Below, piece after piece: positions 54,201 through 63,363 of a stretch of 64,000 nucleotides of DNA (its first letter is position 1; every line of letters starts with the position of its first letter). A program made the translations under genes and the position numbers. The notes below the pieces were generated by a model. It worked only from the letters and a program-made list of their open reading frames with translations, was not told the origin of the DNA and searched no databases. The stretch spans positions 320,001 to 384,000 of the forward strand of contig CAWDXG010000004.1 in assembly GCA_963806225.1 (NCBI GenBank), written 5' to 3'. The stretch is from an uncultured delta proteobacterium (GTDB taxonomy: Bacteria > Myxococcota_A > Polyangia > Polyangiales > Polyangiaceae).

Positions 54201-55818
54201 GTGGGCGGACGGGATAGAAGCCGGCGGCGAGCAGCGCGCGGAGCGGCTCGATCGAGAACAGCCGGTCCATCAGATCGGCGCGCACGGTGGCCAGCACGCG
54301 GATGGCCGGTGTCGAGCTTTCCGCCAGCGAAGCCAGCGCGCGTGCGAAGGCGTGCGCGGCCGACGGATCGGGCGCGAGCGTCGCCAGCTCCTCCAGCTGG
54401 TCGATCACCAGAAGCACGGCGGCCGGCGGCCGCAGCGAGCCCCTCAGCAGCTCGCCGAGGCGCGCGGGATCCGCGACCAGCGCCGCGTGGATCTTCTCGT
54501 CGGCAACGCCGGCGATCGGCGCAAGCGCCCGCGCCAGCGAGCGCAGCGGGTGCGAGCGCGGCTCGAGTACCGCGGTCCGGAACACCAGTCCGCCACCGAG
54601 CACGCCGTCCTCCACAGCTGGGGCTACGCCGGCCAGCGCCAGCGAGCTCTTGCCCGATCCGCTCGGGCCCACCAACACGACGGCGGCCCGCGCGCGCAAG
54701 CGCTCGGCCACCTCGGCGATCTCGCGATCCCGACCGAAAAACACGTCGCGCTCCGCCGCGGAAAACGGCGAGAGCCCCCGGTAGGGCCCGCTGCCCGGCA
54801 CGCGGCGCGGTCGCGCTGCGGCGTCGGCCGCGACCAGCGCCGCCACGAGCTCGTCCGCGCTGGCGAAGCGCTCTTCTGCACGCTTGGCGATCAGGCGGTC
54901 GATGATCGCCGCCAGCGGCTGCGGCAGATCCGGACGCGCAGCCAGTGCGCCCGGGAAGGGCGTGCTGGAAAAGACCTGCTCGCGCACGGCACCAAGGGTG
55001 AGCGTCTCGATCGGATGCCGGCCGGTGAAGGCGAAGTAGAAGCTGATTCCGAGCGCGTAGAGATCACTCGCCGGGGTAGCTTCGTGTCCGAGCCACAGCT
55101 CGGGGGCCATGTACAGCGGCGTGCCACCGGCCGCGTCGCTGACCAGCGCCGGATCGAGCGACAGCGAGCTCCGCGTCGTGCGAGCAGCGGTGGCCAGTCC
55201 GAAATCGATGAGCTTCAGACCACCGGGCTTTCCGCGGCTCTCCGAGGTCACGAACAGGTTGTCGGGCTTGACGTCCCGATGGCACAGCCCCGCGTCGTGG
55301 GCCGCGGAAAGTCCACGTGCTGCCTCGAGCATGAGCCGGAGCCCGCGCTCGAGCGGCAGCCTGCCGCCCTGGTCCTCGACGAAGGCGGCCAGCGATCGGC
55401 CCTCGAGGAACTCCATCGCCAGACAGGTGCGCCCCTGGACCTGGTAGGTCGCGAACACCTGCACCACGTTCGGATGCGAGAGCTGCGCCAGCACCCGCCC
55501 TTCCCGCTTGAACTGGCGCACGAGCTCCAGCTCGCTCGCGAGCTCCGCGCGCAGGAACTTCAAGAGCTCCCAGCGCCCGAAGGCCTCGTTGAAACCCTTG
55601 GCAACCAGCCCGATGCTGCCCTGCTCCGCCAGCACCTCGATCCGCGTGTAGGGGCCGAACGGCGGGGGTGCCCGGCGATCGCGCTCGCTCTCGACACCGG
55701 GCGGCGTGCTCATCGCCTGCGTGGCTTCGAGCGCCAGGGCGCCCGCCCGCGAGCGCAGCGTGGACTCGTCGAACGTCCACTCCGGCGGCGGATCGGTATC
55801 GTGGCGATCTTCGCCCAT
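51229..55818 (-). CDS. Ser/Thr kinase + STAND (nSTAND1-like) NTPase + TM + WD40 protein
   Basis: HRDVKPDN, DFG, GTPLYMAPE; PYRGL..F...FFGR, GPSGSGKSS, LLVIDQLEE, GLPLM, VELVHEAL; TM; WD40-like blades. Confidence 0.9.
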   Translation of the reverse strand: MGEDRHDTDPPPEWTFDESTLRSRAGALALEATQAMSTPPGVESERDRRAPPPFGPYTRIEVLAEQGSIGLVAKGFNEAFGRWELLKFLRAELASELELVRQFKREGRVLAQLSHPNVVQVFATYQVQGRTCLAMEFLEGRSLAAFVEDQGGRLPLERGLRLMLEAARGLSAAHDAGLCHRDVKPDNLFVTSESRGKPGGLKLIDFGLATAARTTRSSLSLDPALVSDAAGGTPLYMAPELWLGHEATPASDLYALGISFYFAFTGRHPIETLTLGAVREQVFSSTPFPGALAARPDLPQPLAAIIDRLIAKRAEERFASADELVAALVAADAAARPRRVPGSGPYRGLSPFSAAERDVFFGRDREIAEVAERLRARAAVVLVGPSGSGKSSLALAGVAPAVEDGVLGGGLVFRTAVLEPRSHPLRSLARALAPIAGVADEKIHAALVADPARLGELLRGSLRPPAAVLLVIDQLEELATLAPDPSAAHAFARALASLAESSTPAIRVLATVRADLMDRLFSIEPLRALLAAGFYPVRPLLGEALEHALVEPARAAGFELEDPSIAGTIASDVARTAAGLPLMSFAMAAWWEARDTQRRLLPSAAWQELGGLAGALARHADSVLSGMGPEERKAAQQILVRLVTADGARAVVPRATLEDPAVGGSAGARALGRLLSEKLVVESAGEVELVHEALVSGWPALAALLALSGEDHAVRERMAAGAREWEAQGRPDGALWDGEQAARLLAWFERTEAPLGQKELSFVEAVRRRAQRRRFLLRSLLVAGALLVLVLALVTKASERRLAAELDHTRTQADRAHQSSVRRTRELLKRVATLDADRDPAKALAAALESRELGPDTDLDPIAWQARLAGVPEVLPRNTDGSALIGWSPDAAKVATASPAAGLRLLDVGGPGRRVLHWPAGFGKSPTALAFAADSLRVALGDRAGSIVVMKTSGGLSKRFQCSGPVRRLVWKEDDSLLAGCGPPAALELSVFGGADGRRVLASRLRAFSLDKGGARAALVGADGGLGVLDTDDASRTSLESGDADVTAVALSPDGSTLLAGDARGRVARVVLATHGPRPEWHDTSSSTSWQVLEASPDGERWLGIDVEQHAVLWSAGLEPVSRLFVKSALHAWIPSRRTLAVAVRHDAVRLLSEDTGTVVGRLAGATKPLGHLAADRDGHWLVASSRDGGVRAWPLDEASARVVRGPAPAGTRCNAASDGSAVACLDAHALAAEPTGGDRRAGATSVDLPPGARPPAAGKLPFAIGPRAAAAAWQLPGGNLARVYGGSASVVHGVPVTDLRLAYGRSGSPLALAGDRDGRHVLLLARTQTEPPGQVSALPAPVTALGFSHDDAHLAVGDRAGAVRLVDVPDARMGAPIIVAPGQAISAVALSQDGTTLAVATPSGQVLVHPLSGKTSRSVYTAASAVRCLVWSVGGRGLVVGTAGGRVWLVDTAGSRVLSLLAAPSAIDACVRTPGEDRYTFVTADGMVWQRQLELDPIWMIDKPADALDPHAAALDHWKGLGRSARSP

Positions 55819-55857
55819 CACGCAGAAGGTACACGATGCGGCGGCGCGGAGCCGGCT

Positions 55858-56634
55858 CTACCAGGATGCCGGCGAAAGCGACGGCGGAACCTCGTAGGTC
55901 GTGGCTACGCCGCTACAGGCCCAGCCGCGCCCCCGGTGCGCACAGCGCACCTCGGCCACGTCCGTCGCTCCCATGCGCCCGGCTGCGATGCGGACTCCGT
56001 CGTGCACGGCCTCACGCGAGCAGCCGTGATGGCAACGCACCGCGACGGAGCCGAGACGCACCTGTCCGGCCGGAAACAGGCCGACCTCGCGCACGAGATC
56101 ACCGCGGCGCGGGGAGCGGCGGGGCATGTCCCGCGCGGGCGTGAAGTCGACCCGGATGCGCCAGGCCTCGGCGGCGGATGTCCCGGCCGCCCGGGCGCGC
56201 TGCCGCTCCGGAGGACGGCTCTCCAGTGTGTCGTCGTCCGGCCGGGCCACCTCCGCCCGGCAGCTCACGCGCACACGCCGCGCACCTGCCTCCGGTGATA
56301 GCTCCTGCGAGTAGCAGAGGCGCCCGACCAGGAGCTCGCCGCCTGCTGCCGCCACGCGCTCGCGGAGCACCGTGACGAGCCGCGTCACCGAGCAGTCGAC
56401 GTTGCTCAGCCACTCGCCGTGGATGCGGCGCTGGCCCTCGGTCAGCGTGCAGTACGCATCGACCGTGCCCAGGGAGGCGTAGCCCAGCGGCAGCGCGTTT
56501 TCCTCCTCGATCTGGTCGGCAGCGGCGAGCGCCGGCTCGGACGCGCCGTGGAAACGCGTCGCCGCACGCAGCCCAGAGCCGCAACCGACCGCCAGAGCCG
56601 CCGGCAACGCCAAGAGCAGGAACGCGCTTCGCAT
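55858..56634 (-). CDS. Hypothetical lipoprotein
   Basis: MRSAFLLLALPAALAVGC lipobox; two Cys-containing modules. Confidence 0.7.
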   Translation of the reverse strand: MRSAFLLLALPAALAVGCGSGLRAATRFHGASEPALAAADQIEEENALPLGYASLGTVDAYCTLTEGQRRIHGEWLSNVDCSVTRLVTVLRERVAAAGGELLVGRLCYSQELSPEAGARRVRVSCRAEVARPDDDTLESRPPERQRARAAGTSAAEAWRIRVDFTPARDMPRRSPRRGDLVREVGLFPAGQVRLGSVAVRCHHGCSREAVHDGVRIAAGRMGATDVAEVRCAHRGRGWACSGVATTYEVPPSLSPASW

Positions 56635-56722
56635 GACGGCAGAGCATTTCAGAGCCGGGCCTGCCGCGCAAGCGCGGGGCGCCGACTTGCCGCGGGCCCG
56701 ATCTGCCTGCACGCTTGCGTTC

Positions 56723-57664
56723 GTGGCGACGCAGGCATGGCCGGCGTACCTTGCTCTCGGCCCCGGGGAGATCCGGCGCCGGGCTGCCGAGGCGGTCGCG
56801 GCGCTTGGCCGCTGCGAGCTCTGCCCGCGCAACTGCGGCGTCGATCGCCTCGAGAACCTGGCACGCGTCTGCGCGACGGGCCGCTACGCACGGGTCGGCA
56901 CCTGGTTTCCGCATTTCGGCGAGGAGGACTGCCTGCGCGGCACCCGCGGTTCGGGCACGATCTTCTTCTCCTTCTGCAACCTGAAGTGCGTGTTCTGCCA
57001 GAACCACGACACGTCACAGGCAGGGCATGGGCGCGAGCTCCGCCCCCCGGATCTCGCCTCGGCCATGCTCGAGCTGCAGAGCAAGGGCTGTCACAACATC
57101 AACCTGGTCACACCCGAGCACGTCGTCCCGCAGATCCTCGAAGCGCTGGCGATCGCGATCGAGCGCGGGCTCGGCCTGCCCATCGTCTACAACACCAGCA
57201 GCTACGACTCGATGGAGTCGCTTCGCTGGATGGACGGCATCGTCGACATCTACATGCCGGACTTCAAGGTCTGGACCCGCGCCAGCGCCATCCGCTACCT
57301 CAAGGCCAAGGACTATCCCGAGGTCGCGCGGCGCATCATCAGCGAGATGCACCGTCAGGTCGGCGCGCTCGAGCTCGACGAACGCGGCATGGCACGGCGC
57401 GGCGTGTTGGTGCGGCACCTGGTAATGCCAGGGCTGGTCGAAGAATCGGCGGCGATATTCCGCTTTCTCGCGGAGGACGTGTCGCCGGACACCTACGTGA
57501 ATGTGATGGGTCAATATCGTCCGGAGTACCGCGCCGGCGACTACCCCGGGATCGACCGCCGACCCTCGGCTGCCGAGATGGAGCAGGCGCGTCGACTCGC
57601 TCGTGAGGCCGGGCTCCGCCGCCTCGACGAGCGCGCTCCGGGTGGACTCGTCGTGTACCTCTGA
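56723..57664 (+). CDS. PflX-like radical SAM protein
   Basis: CELCPRNCGVDR, HFGEE, GSGTIFFSFCNLKCVFCQN, HNINLVTPEH, DIYMPDFK, VRHLVMPG; start uncertain (56633 or 56723). Confidence 0.9.
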   Translation: MATQAWPAYLALGPGEIRRRAAEAVAALGRCELCPRNCGVDRLENLARVCATGRYARVGTWFPHFGEEDCLRGTRGSGTIFFSFCNLKCVFCQNHDTSQAGHGRELRPPDLASAMLELQSKGCHNINLVTPEHVVPQILEALAIAIERGLGLPIVYNTSSYDSMESLRWMDGIVDIYMPDFKVWTRASAIRYLKAKDYPEVARRIISEMHRQVGALELDERGMARRGVLVRHLVMPGLVEESAAIFRFLAEDVSPDTYVNVMGQYRPEYRAGDYPGIDRRPSAAEMEQARRLAREAGLRRLDERAPGGLVVYL

Positions 57665-57745
57665 AAAGACAACGGCGCCGGACCACCGACCCCTCGCCGC
57701 GGGAAAAACCCGCCGCGCAAGGTGTCGACGTTCCGACGCCGTTGG
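57663..57745 (-). terminator. Long imperfect hairpin between convergent genes, U-tract on minus strand
   Basis: CAACGGCGTCGGA...TCCGGCGCCGTTG followed by TCTTTT on the minus strand. Confidence 0.6.
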
Positions 57746-57761
57746 CTATGGATCAGCTCGA

Positions 57762-58085
57762 TCAGGCGCCTGCGTCGGAGCCGCCCATGCTGCCACCAGC
57801 ACCGCCCATGGCGCCGCCGGTTCCACCGGCACCGCCCATGGCGCCGCCGGTTCCACCAGCACCGCCCATGGCGCCGCCGGTGCCGCCGGTGCTGCCGCCG
57901 GTGCCGCCGGTGCTGCCGCCAGTGCCGCCCGTGCTGCCGCCGGTGCCGCCGGTGCTGCCGCCGGTCCCGCCGGTGGCGCCGGCACTGCCTCCGGTACCAC
58001 CGCCATTGTCGTTGCTGCTACAGCCCACCAGGGCCCCAGCGCTCGCCAAGGCGAGAATCGCCAGAAGGCTTGTCACTCTCTTCAT
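57762..58085 (-). CDS. Small Gly-rich lipoprotein
   Basis: GGAGG RBS; MKRVTSLLAILALASAGALVGC lipobox; GGTGGST and GGAMGGAGGT repeats. Confidence 0.75.
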   Translation of the reverse strand: MKRVTSLLAILALASAGALVGCSSNDNGGGTGGSAGATGGTGGSTGGTGGSTGGTGGSTGGTGGSTGGTGGAMGGAGGTGGAMGGAGGTGGAMGGAGGSMGGSDAGA

Positions 58086-58362
58086 CCGAACTTCCTCCAG
58101 TCAAACCGTAAGAAACACACGTGGAGCGGAACGCCCAACACGCCGCGAGTACCTAGAAGCACGACTCGTACCACGCGCCCCGAGGCTAGCGCGTCATGGC
58201 CAACATGGGGAATTTTGGTGGAGATTGTTGTTGGCCTCGGGCCGATCCGGGCAAGTGCGCCGCGGGGGACCCTGATCCGTCTGTCGCGGGTAGGGCTCCG
58301 CAATGCAACGGAAACTCCGTGTCGGCCGGCCAGATGGCCTGTTCCGATGGGAAAGGCACCCC

Positions 58363-59031
58363 CTAGCGATGGGAGCTGCCGCGCCGCGCATCCCCCGCCT
58401 GCTCGGCGATCCGGCGCAGGCTGTCGGCAAGATCCCGATCCGGGCCTGGGCTCGACGGACTGCGGGGCGTACGCGCGCCCGGCGAGCGCGGACGCGAAGA
58501 GCGGCGACCCGCGCCGCGGCCAGATCCGCTTCGCCCCCGGCCGCGCCAGCGCCGGACCAGATCCCCCACAAGACGCCACGCCTGCGCGCCATCGAGCGGA
58601 GGGAACGGCAGCAGATTGAGCCCGATGATGAAGAGGTTGGCCGTGGTGAACACCGCGACGAGCTGCGCCAGCATCCACGAGCGGGGCGGCCCCGTCACGA
58701 ACGCGACTCCGAGCGTGAGGACGAAGAGCAGCGCCTGCGCCAGCACGCCGCCCCATGCGATCACGGACCGTTCGTGACGCGTGGTGCTGCCCGCGAAGCG
58801 CGTCAGCCCACCGAAACCAGTGATGTCGATCGCCAGTACGTGAAGGCGGTAGCGCCGCGCCAGCACGGCGTGCCCCAGCTCGTGCACCAGCACGACGACG
58901 AAGAATCCGACCCAGAAGGCGGGTGCGAACGAGAAGCCGCTGAACAGCAGCGCACCGAGAGGCATCGTCCAGTGGATGCGCAGCGGAATACCGCGGATGC
59001 GGCCTATCTGCAGGTAGCCTCGCTCGAACAT
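58363..59031 (-). CDS. Site-2 protease (M50 family)
   Basis: GIPLRIHW, VHELGH, IAWGG, NLLPFPPLDG. Confidence 0.88.
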   Translation of the reverse strand: MFERGYLQIGRIRGIPLRIHWTMPLGALLFSGFSFAPAFWVGFFVVVLVHELGHAVLARRYRLHVLAIDITGFGGLTRFAGSTTRHERSVIAWGGVLAQALLFVLTLGVAFVTGPPRSWMLAQLVAVFTTANLFIIGLNLLPFPPLDGAQAWRLVGDLVRRWRGRGRSGSGRGAGRRSSRPRSPGARTPRSPSSPGPDRDLADSLRRIAEQAGDARRGSSHR

Positions 59032-59131
59032 GACGGTAGAGGACGCCGGGGGCGCTCGTATAGGGCAACATAAGCACGCCGGCATAGCGCGCCAGCCGTG
59101 CATCGCCGGGCAATGGCGATAGGATGCCCCG

Positions 59132-59413
59132 ATGAGCATGCTGCAGCACAGCGACAACGACGCGCTCGCGCGATGCGTGCACTGCGGCGCGTTGGCGGTC
59201 GGCCCGTGCGCGGAGTGCCACTCGCCGGTGTGCGGCGACTGCTGTGTGCTGACCGAGGGCGGCAGCCGCACCTGGGCGATCTGTGTTTCCTGCGAGAAGC
59301 GCTCCGGGCGCTCGCTCAGGAGCGGCTGGATGACGGTGATCGGCTGGATCGCGATCCCGATCCTGCTGCTGCTCGGGGCGGTCGTGCTGCTGTCGCGGAT
59401 GGTCGCGCACTGA
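59132..59413 (+). CDS. Small zinc-finger membrane protein
   Basis: Four CxxC pairs (CVHC, CAEC, CGDC, CVSC) and a C-terminal TM helix. Confidence 0.75.
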   Translation: MSMLQHSDNDALARCVHCGALAVGPCAECHSPVCGDCCVLTEGGSRTWAICVSCEKRSGRSLRSGWMTVIGWIAIPILLLLGAVVLLSRMVAH

Positions 59414-59416
59414 CCG

Positions 59417-60661
59417 CTATTCGCCGCGCTTCTTCTGCATGCTGGGCGTGATCTTGTCGGGGGTGGCGACCGCCCGGCCGATGGCCTTGTGTCCGAACCG
59501 CGCCTGGATCGCATCGAGCGCAGGACCGAGGCGATCGCTCGACCGGGCGGCGTCGAACAACTCGAGCTGTTCGTGCTCGCGTGATTCGAGGCCGGACAGC
59601 GAGACGCCGAGCAAGCGCACCGGCTCCGTCACTGCAGCTGCGTCCCACAGGGCAACCGCGATATCGCGGATCATGGCGCCATCGTCGGTGGGTTCTGCCA
59701 GCGAGCGGCTACGCGTCAGCAGCGGATAGCGCGGCTCCTCGCCGCCGCCCGTCACGCGCGCGATGCGCGCTCCCCTCGCCCGGCCCAACTTGATCTTGAG
59801 CGTCACCGTCCGCCCGCGATAGCCGTCGCGCCGCACACGGCGCGCCACCGCCTCGGCATGCGCCGTCAGCGTCGCGGTCACCGTGTCGCGGGAGCGGACG
59901 TCCTGCTCGAACGTATTCTCCTCGCCGTAGGACTTCGGGACGCGCTCGCTCTCCACCGGTCGGCGGTCCTCCCCGCGCGCCATGCGCACGAGCTCCCAGG
60001 CCCGATCGCCGATGCTGCGCCCGAGCTGCTCAACGTCGTAGTCCGCAAGCTGGCGGAGGGTGCGGATGCCGAGCCGCTCCAGCCGCTCGCCCAGCACCGG
60101 CCCCACGCCCCACAGACGCCGCACCGGAAGCGGATCGAGCATCCAACGTACGGCTCCAGGTGGCACCAGCAGGAGACCGTCCGGCTTGCCGAGGGTGCAG
60201 GCAATCTTGGCAACGAGCTTCGACGGCGCCACACCGACCGACACAACCAGCCCCGTCACCTCGCGCACGCGGGCCTTGAGCCGGCGCGCCAGCGCGAGCG
60301 GACCGCCGAACAGGCGCACCGAGGCGCCGATATCGAGGAATGCCTCGTCCAGCGCGAGCGGCTCGATCGCCGGCGTGAACTCGGCAAACACCTCGTGCAC
60401 CTGGGCAGACACCTCCGAGTAGCGCGCCATGCGCGGCGGCAGGTACACGCCGTCGGGGCAGAGCTCCCGCGCCCGGAAGCCTGGCATGGCGCTCCGCACA
60501 CCGAACACACGCGCTTCGTACGAAGCGGCCGACACGACCCCGCGCGGCGATGTCGCCCCCACGATCACCGGCCGTCCGCGGAGCTCCGGATTGTCCCGTT
60601 GCTCGATGGAGGCGTAGAACGCGTCCATGTCGGCGTGCAGGATCCAGCGAGCCGGGCTCAC
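59417..60661 (-). CDS. dinB: DNA polymerase IV
   Basis: ILHADMDAFYASIE, VSAASYEARVFGVRSAMP, LDEAFLD, KLVAKIA, KPDG, LWGVG, KSYGEENTF, clamp-binding-like QLELF. Confidence 0.96.
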   Translation of the reverse strand: MSPARWILHADMDAFYASIEQRDNPELRGRPVIVGATSPRGVVSAASYEARVFGVRSAMPGFRARELCPDGVYLPPRMARYSEVSAQVHEVFAEFTPAIEPLALDEAFLDIGASVRLFGGPLALARRLKARVREVTGLVVSVGVAPSKLVAKIACTLGKPDGLLLVPPGAVRWMLDPLPVRRLWGVGPVLGERLERLGIRTLRQLADYDVEQLGRSIGDRAWELVRMARGEDRRPVESERVPKSYGEENTFEQDVRSRDTVTATLTAHAEAVARRVRRDGYRGRTVTLKIKLGRARGARIARVTGGGEEPRYPLLTRSRSLAEPTDDGAMIRDIAVALWDAAAVTEPVRLLGVSLSGLESREHEQLELFDAARSSDRLGPALDAIQARFGHKAIGRAVATPDKITPSMQKKRGE

Positions 60662-60775
60662 CCGCGGACCGTACGCGTGCTCGCGCGCTCCTGCCACCCC
60701 GGAATCCAACCGGGCCGCGCGCTCCGCCCCTCGCTGCCGGTGCTGTTCCGCTACTCCAGCCGCGGCGGCAACCGA

Positions 60776-61444
60776 CTACACGGAGGACAGGGCCTTGCGG
60801 GCCAAAGCCAGACCGGCGCGCGCGCGCTCGATGCACGGCGGTACCTCTTCGTAGGCCTCGTCGGTGAGCGCACTCCAGGCCCGCGCGGTGTTGCGCTCCA
60901 TGCTGGCGAAGTGTCCAATCATCTCGGCGAAACGCGTCAGCCCCATGCCGGCAATCAGGTCCTCACGCTGGTCGATGAAGTCGGCCACATCCTGTTCGAT
61001 GATCTCGTCGAGCGCCTGGCGCAGCACATCGACGTGCTCACCGGGATTTCCTTCCGGCAGCTGGTCGAACTTGGCCGCGATGCGCATCAGGAGCACCGCG
61101 GGCGCCAGCGGATGTTCGCTCTTGACGTGCTCCGGCACCGGTTCGCCTTCGAGAATCAGATCGGCCGCCCCTTCCGGCTCGAAGCCCTCGTGTTCGGTAC
61201 CCGTCGGGGTCGGCCTGGGCGGCGGTGCGCCCGGCCGGCGCACCCGCGAGAGCAGACCCCCGGCAACGAGCAGCACCATTCCCACGGCGAACGGCGCGCC
61301 CGCGACGTGACTCCAGGCCGAGATACGGTCGCCGGAAGTCACTTCGCCACCGGGACCGGTACCCTGCGGGTGCACCGCGCGCGCGGCGTAGCAGGACGCC
61401 AGCAGCACGCCGATCACGAACAGGACCATTCCGAGCGCGCGCAT
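60776..61444 (-). CDS. Hypothetical membrane protein
   Basis: MRALGMVLFVIGVLL..., second TM, helical C-terminus ERNTARAWSALTD; coupled to the OPT gene. Confidence 0.75.
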   Translation of the reverse strand: MRALGMVLFVIGVLLASCYAARAVHPQGTGPGGEVTSGDRISAWSHVAGAPFAVGMVLLVAGGLLSRVRRPGAPPPRPTPTGTEHEGFEPEGAADLILEGEPVPEHVKSEHPLAPAVLLMRIAAKFDQLPEGNPGEHVDVLRQALDEIIEQDVADFIDQREDLIAGMGLTRFAEMIGHFASMERNTARAWSALTDEAYEEVPPCIERARAGLALARKALSSV

Positions 61445-63285
61445 CAGCGACCTCCTGCCAGATCGATGAACGTGAGCGTGAGCGCCATGAGCGCTTCGCC
61501 GACGATCAGTCCCGCGGCGACCGGCACCACCACGTCTGCCACGTAGCGGTGCCCCTTGGACTTCTCGATGGCGATCGAAATCAGGCAGCCGATGCCGTAG
61601 CCGAGTGTGATCTCGAACGGCAGGTACATGGCCAGGCCGATCAGCACGCCAAGCCCGCCAATGGGTACCAGCGCCAGCCCAGCGCCGATGCCGGCGCCCG
61701 CGACGTACTTGTCGACTGGCGCGTGGCCGGACAGAACGCCCTTGATCATGCCCTCGAGCACGCCTGCCTGCGGCGCCGGAAGGCACTCGGGCAGCTTGTG
61801 GATGCAGGCGGCCGACTCCGGCCCGAAGCCGTTGGTGCCACCCGGCCCCGCCTTCCACAGGAGCAAAGTGGTGCCGATGGCGATCGCCGGCCCGATCCAC
61901 GCTACGCTGAACTGGGCTAGCTGCTGGCGTCGGGGAACGCCGCCGACAAGGTGCCCGGTCTTCAGATCGGTCATCATGTCGGCGCACTGGTTGGTGGCGA
62001 TGCAGACAGCGATGCCGATCGTGACGGCCAGAACGACGTTGCCGCTTGTGATCGCCAGCATCAGCGTGACGGCGATGAGCGCCAGCCCGCTGAGCGGCGA
62101 GATGTCCGTCGCGCCGGTGGCCTGCGCCACGATCAGGCCGGCCAGCGCGAGCCACAGCGAGCCCGCAACAGCGGCACTGATCGCCGTGCCGATGTGCAGA
62201 TGGCCCGTCGTGCCCATCGAGCCGACCATCGTCACGACCAGCAGCGCCACGAACGAGCCGCCCAGGCCGACCACCAGCACCTTGGGCGACAGCTCCTCCG
62301 ACTGCCCGCCGCCCTTGCGGGCGAGCTTGGCTGCGGCGGACAGGCTGGCGATAGCGCCCTTGATGGCGGGAAACGCCGCCACCACGCCCGCCAGCGCACC
62401 GCCGATCAGAATGCCGATACCGGTCGGCCTGAGCATGCTGCCGTAGACGGAGCTGACCAGCGCGTCGCCGGCCGCGTGCGGCGGGGCCCAGCCCTGCCAC
62501 ACCGCGAACGGCCCGATCACCCACCACGCCATCGCACCACCCAGCGCGAACGGCAGTCCGCCCCGCCCGGAGAGCAGCCCCGCGCCGATGTTCGCCATGC
62601 TGAGCGACACCGTGGTGCCGATCAGCAGCAGCGCCCACGGTCCCGTGTTGCCCACGTGCAGCGCGGACTTGATCCACGGACCGAGCGGCAGTGTCTCCGG
62701 AAGCCACTGGAAGTGGTGGTTGGTGGCGAGCGTCAAGAAGGCGCTGAACAGGAACCCGAGCCCCAGGTACTTCGCCTTCTTCGCGCCGGCGCCCGGGGCC
62801 TTCAGGATGGTCGCGACGGCGACGCCGCTTGGGAACTTCAGCCGCTCGATCTCGATCAGCTGCTTGCGCAGCGGAATGATGATCACGACCCCCATGAACG
62901 AGCCGGCCACGGCAGCCAGCAGGATCGTGTAGATGTTGTAGTGCAGGCCGAGCAGCAGTAGCGCCGGGAAGGTGAAGACCACGCCGGCGGAGGCGGTGTT
63001 CACGCCCGAGGCGATCGTCTGGTTGATGTTGTTCTCGACGATCGAGCCGCAGCCCTTGATCTTCAGGCCCTTGCGACCGACGCCCCGGAGCAGGGCGAAG
63101 CCGAGGATCGCCGCTACGGTGGAGCCCGCCAGGCCAAAACCGAGCTTGAGGCTGATGTACACGAAGGCCGCCGTCATCAGCGCGCCCTGGAGGATGCCCA
63201 GGACGACCGCGGCGACGGTGATCTCGCGGTAGCCCGAGCCGGCTCCGCCCGCCGAAGCGCCGGGGCTGTCTGCTGCCTGGGTCAT
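61444..63285 (-). CDS. OPT/YSL family oligopeptide transporter
   Basis: REIT, YISLKLG, ENNINQTIAS, VVFTFPAL, IPLRKQLI, FPSGVAVA, DLKTGHLVG, LPAPQA. Confidence 0.93.
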   Translation of the reverse strand: MTQAADSPGASAGGAGSGYREITVAAVVLGILQGALMTAAFVYISLKLGFGLAGSTVAAILGFALLRGVGRKGLKIKGCGSIVENNINQTIASGVNTASAGVVFTFPALLLLGLHYNIYTILLAAVAGSFMGVVIIIPLRKQLIEIERLKFPSGVAVATILKAPGAGAKKAKYLGLGFLFSAFLTLATNHHFQWLPETLPLGPWIKSALHVGNTGPWALLLIGTTVSLSMANIGAGLLSGRGGLPFALGGAMAWWVIGPFAVWQGWAPPHAAGDALVSSVYGSMLRPTGIGILIGGALAGVVAAFPAIKGAIASLSAAAKLARKGGGQSEELSPKVLVVGLGGSFVALLVVTMVGSMGTTGHLHIGTAISAAVAGSLWLALAGLIVAQATGATDISPLSGLALIAVTLMLAITSGNVVLAVTIGIAVCIATNQCADMMTDLKTGHLVGGVPRRQQLAQFSVAWIGPAIAIGTTLLLWKAGPGGTNGFGPESAACIHKLPECLPAPQAGVLEGMIKGVLSGHAPVDKYVAGAGIGAGLALVPIGGLGVLIGLAMYLPFEITLGYGIGCLISIAIEKSKGHRYVADVVVPVAAGLIVGEALMALTLTFIDLAGGR

Positions 63286-63363
63286 GTGCGGGCACGGTTA
63301 ACGTGGTCGCCCCGATGGAGCAACAATGACTCTCGTCAAGTTACCGGCCCGACGGCCTTGGCG

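Noticed and set aside
56632..56635. Divergent genes sharing overlapping start codons (CATG)
   Set aside because: The radical SAM gene more plausibly starts at GTG 56723, which leaves room for promoters
58086..58362. Riboswitch or ncRNA upstream of the small lipoprotein
   Set aside because: No recognisable aptamer motif by eye; an Rfam scan would be needed
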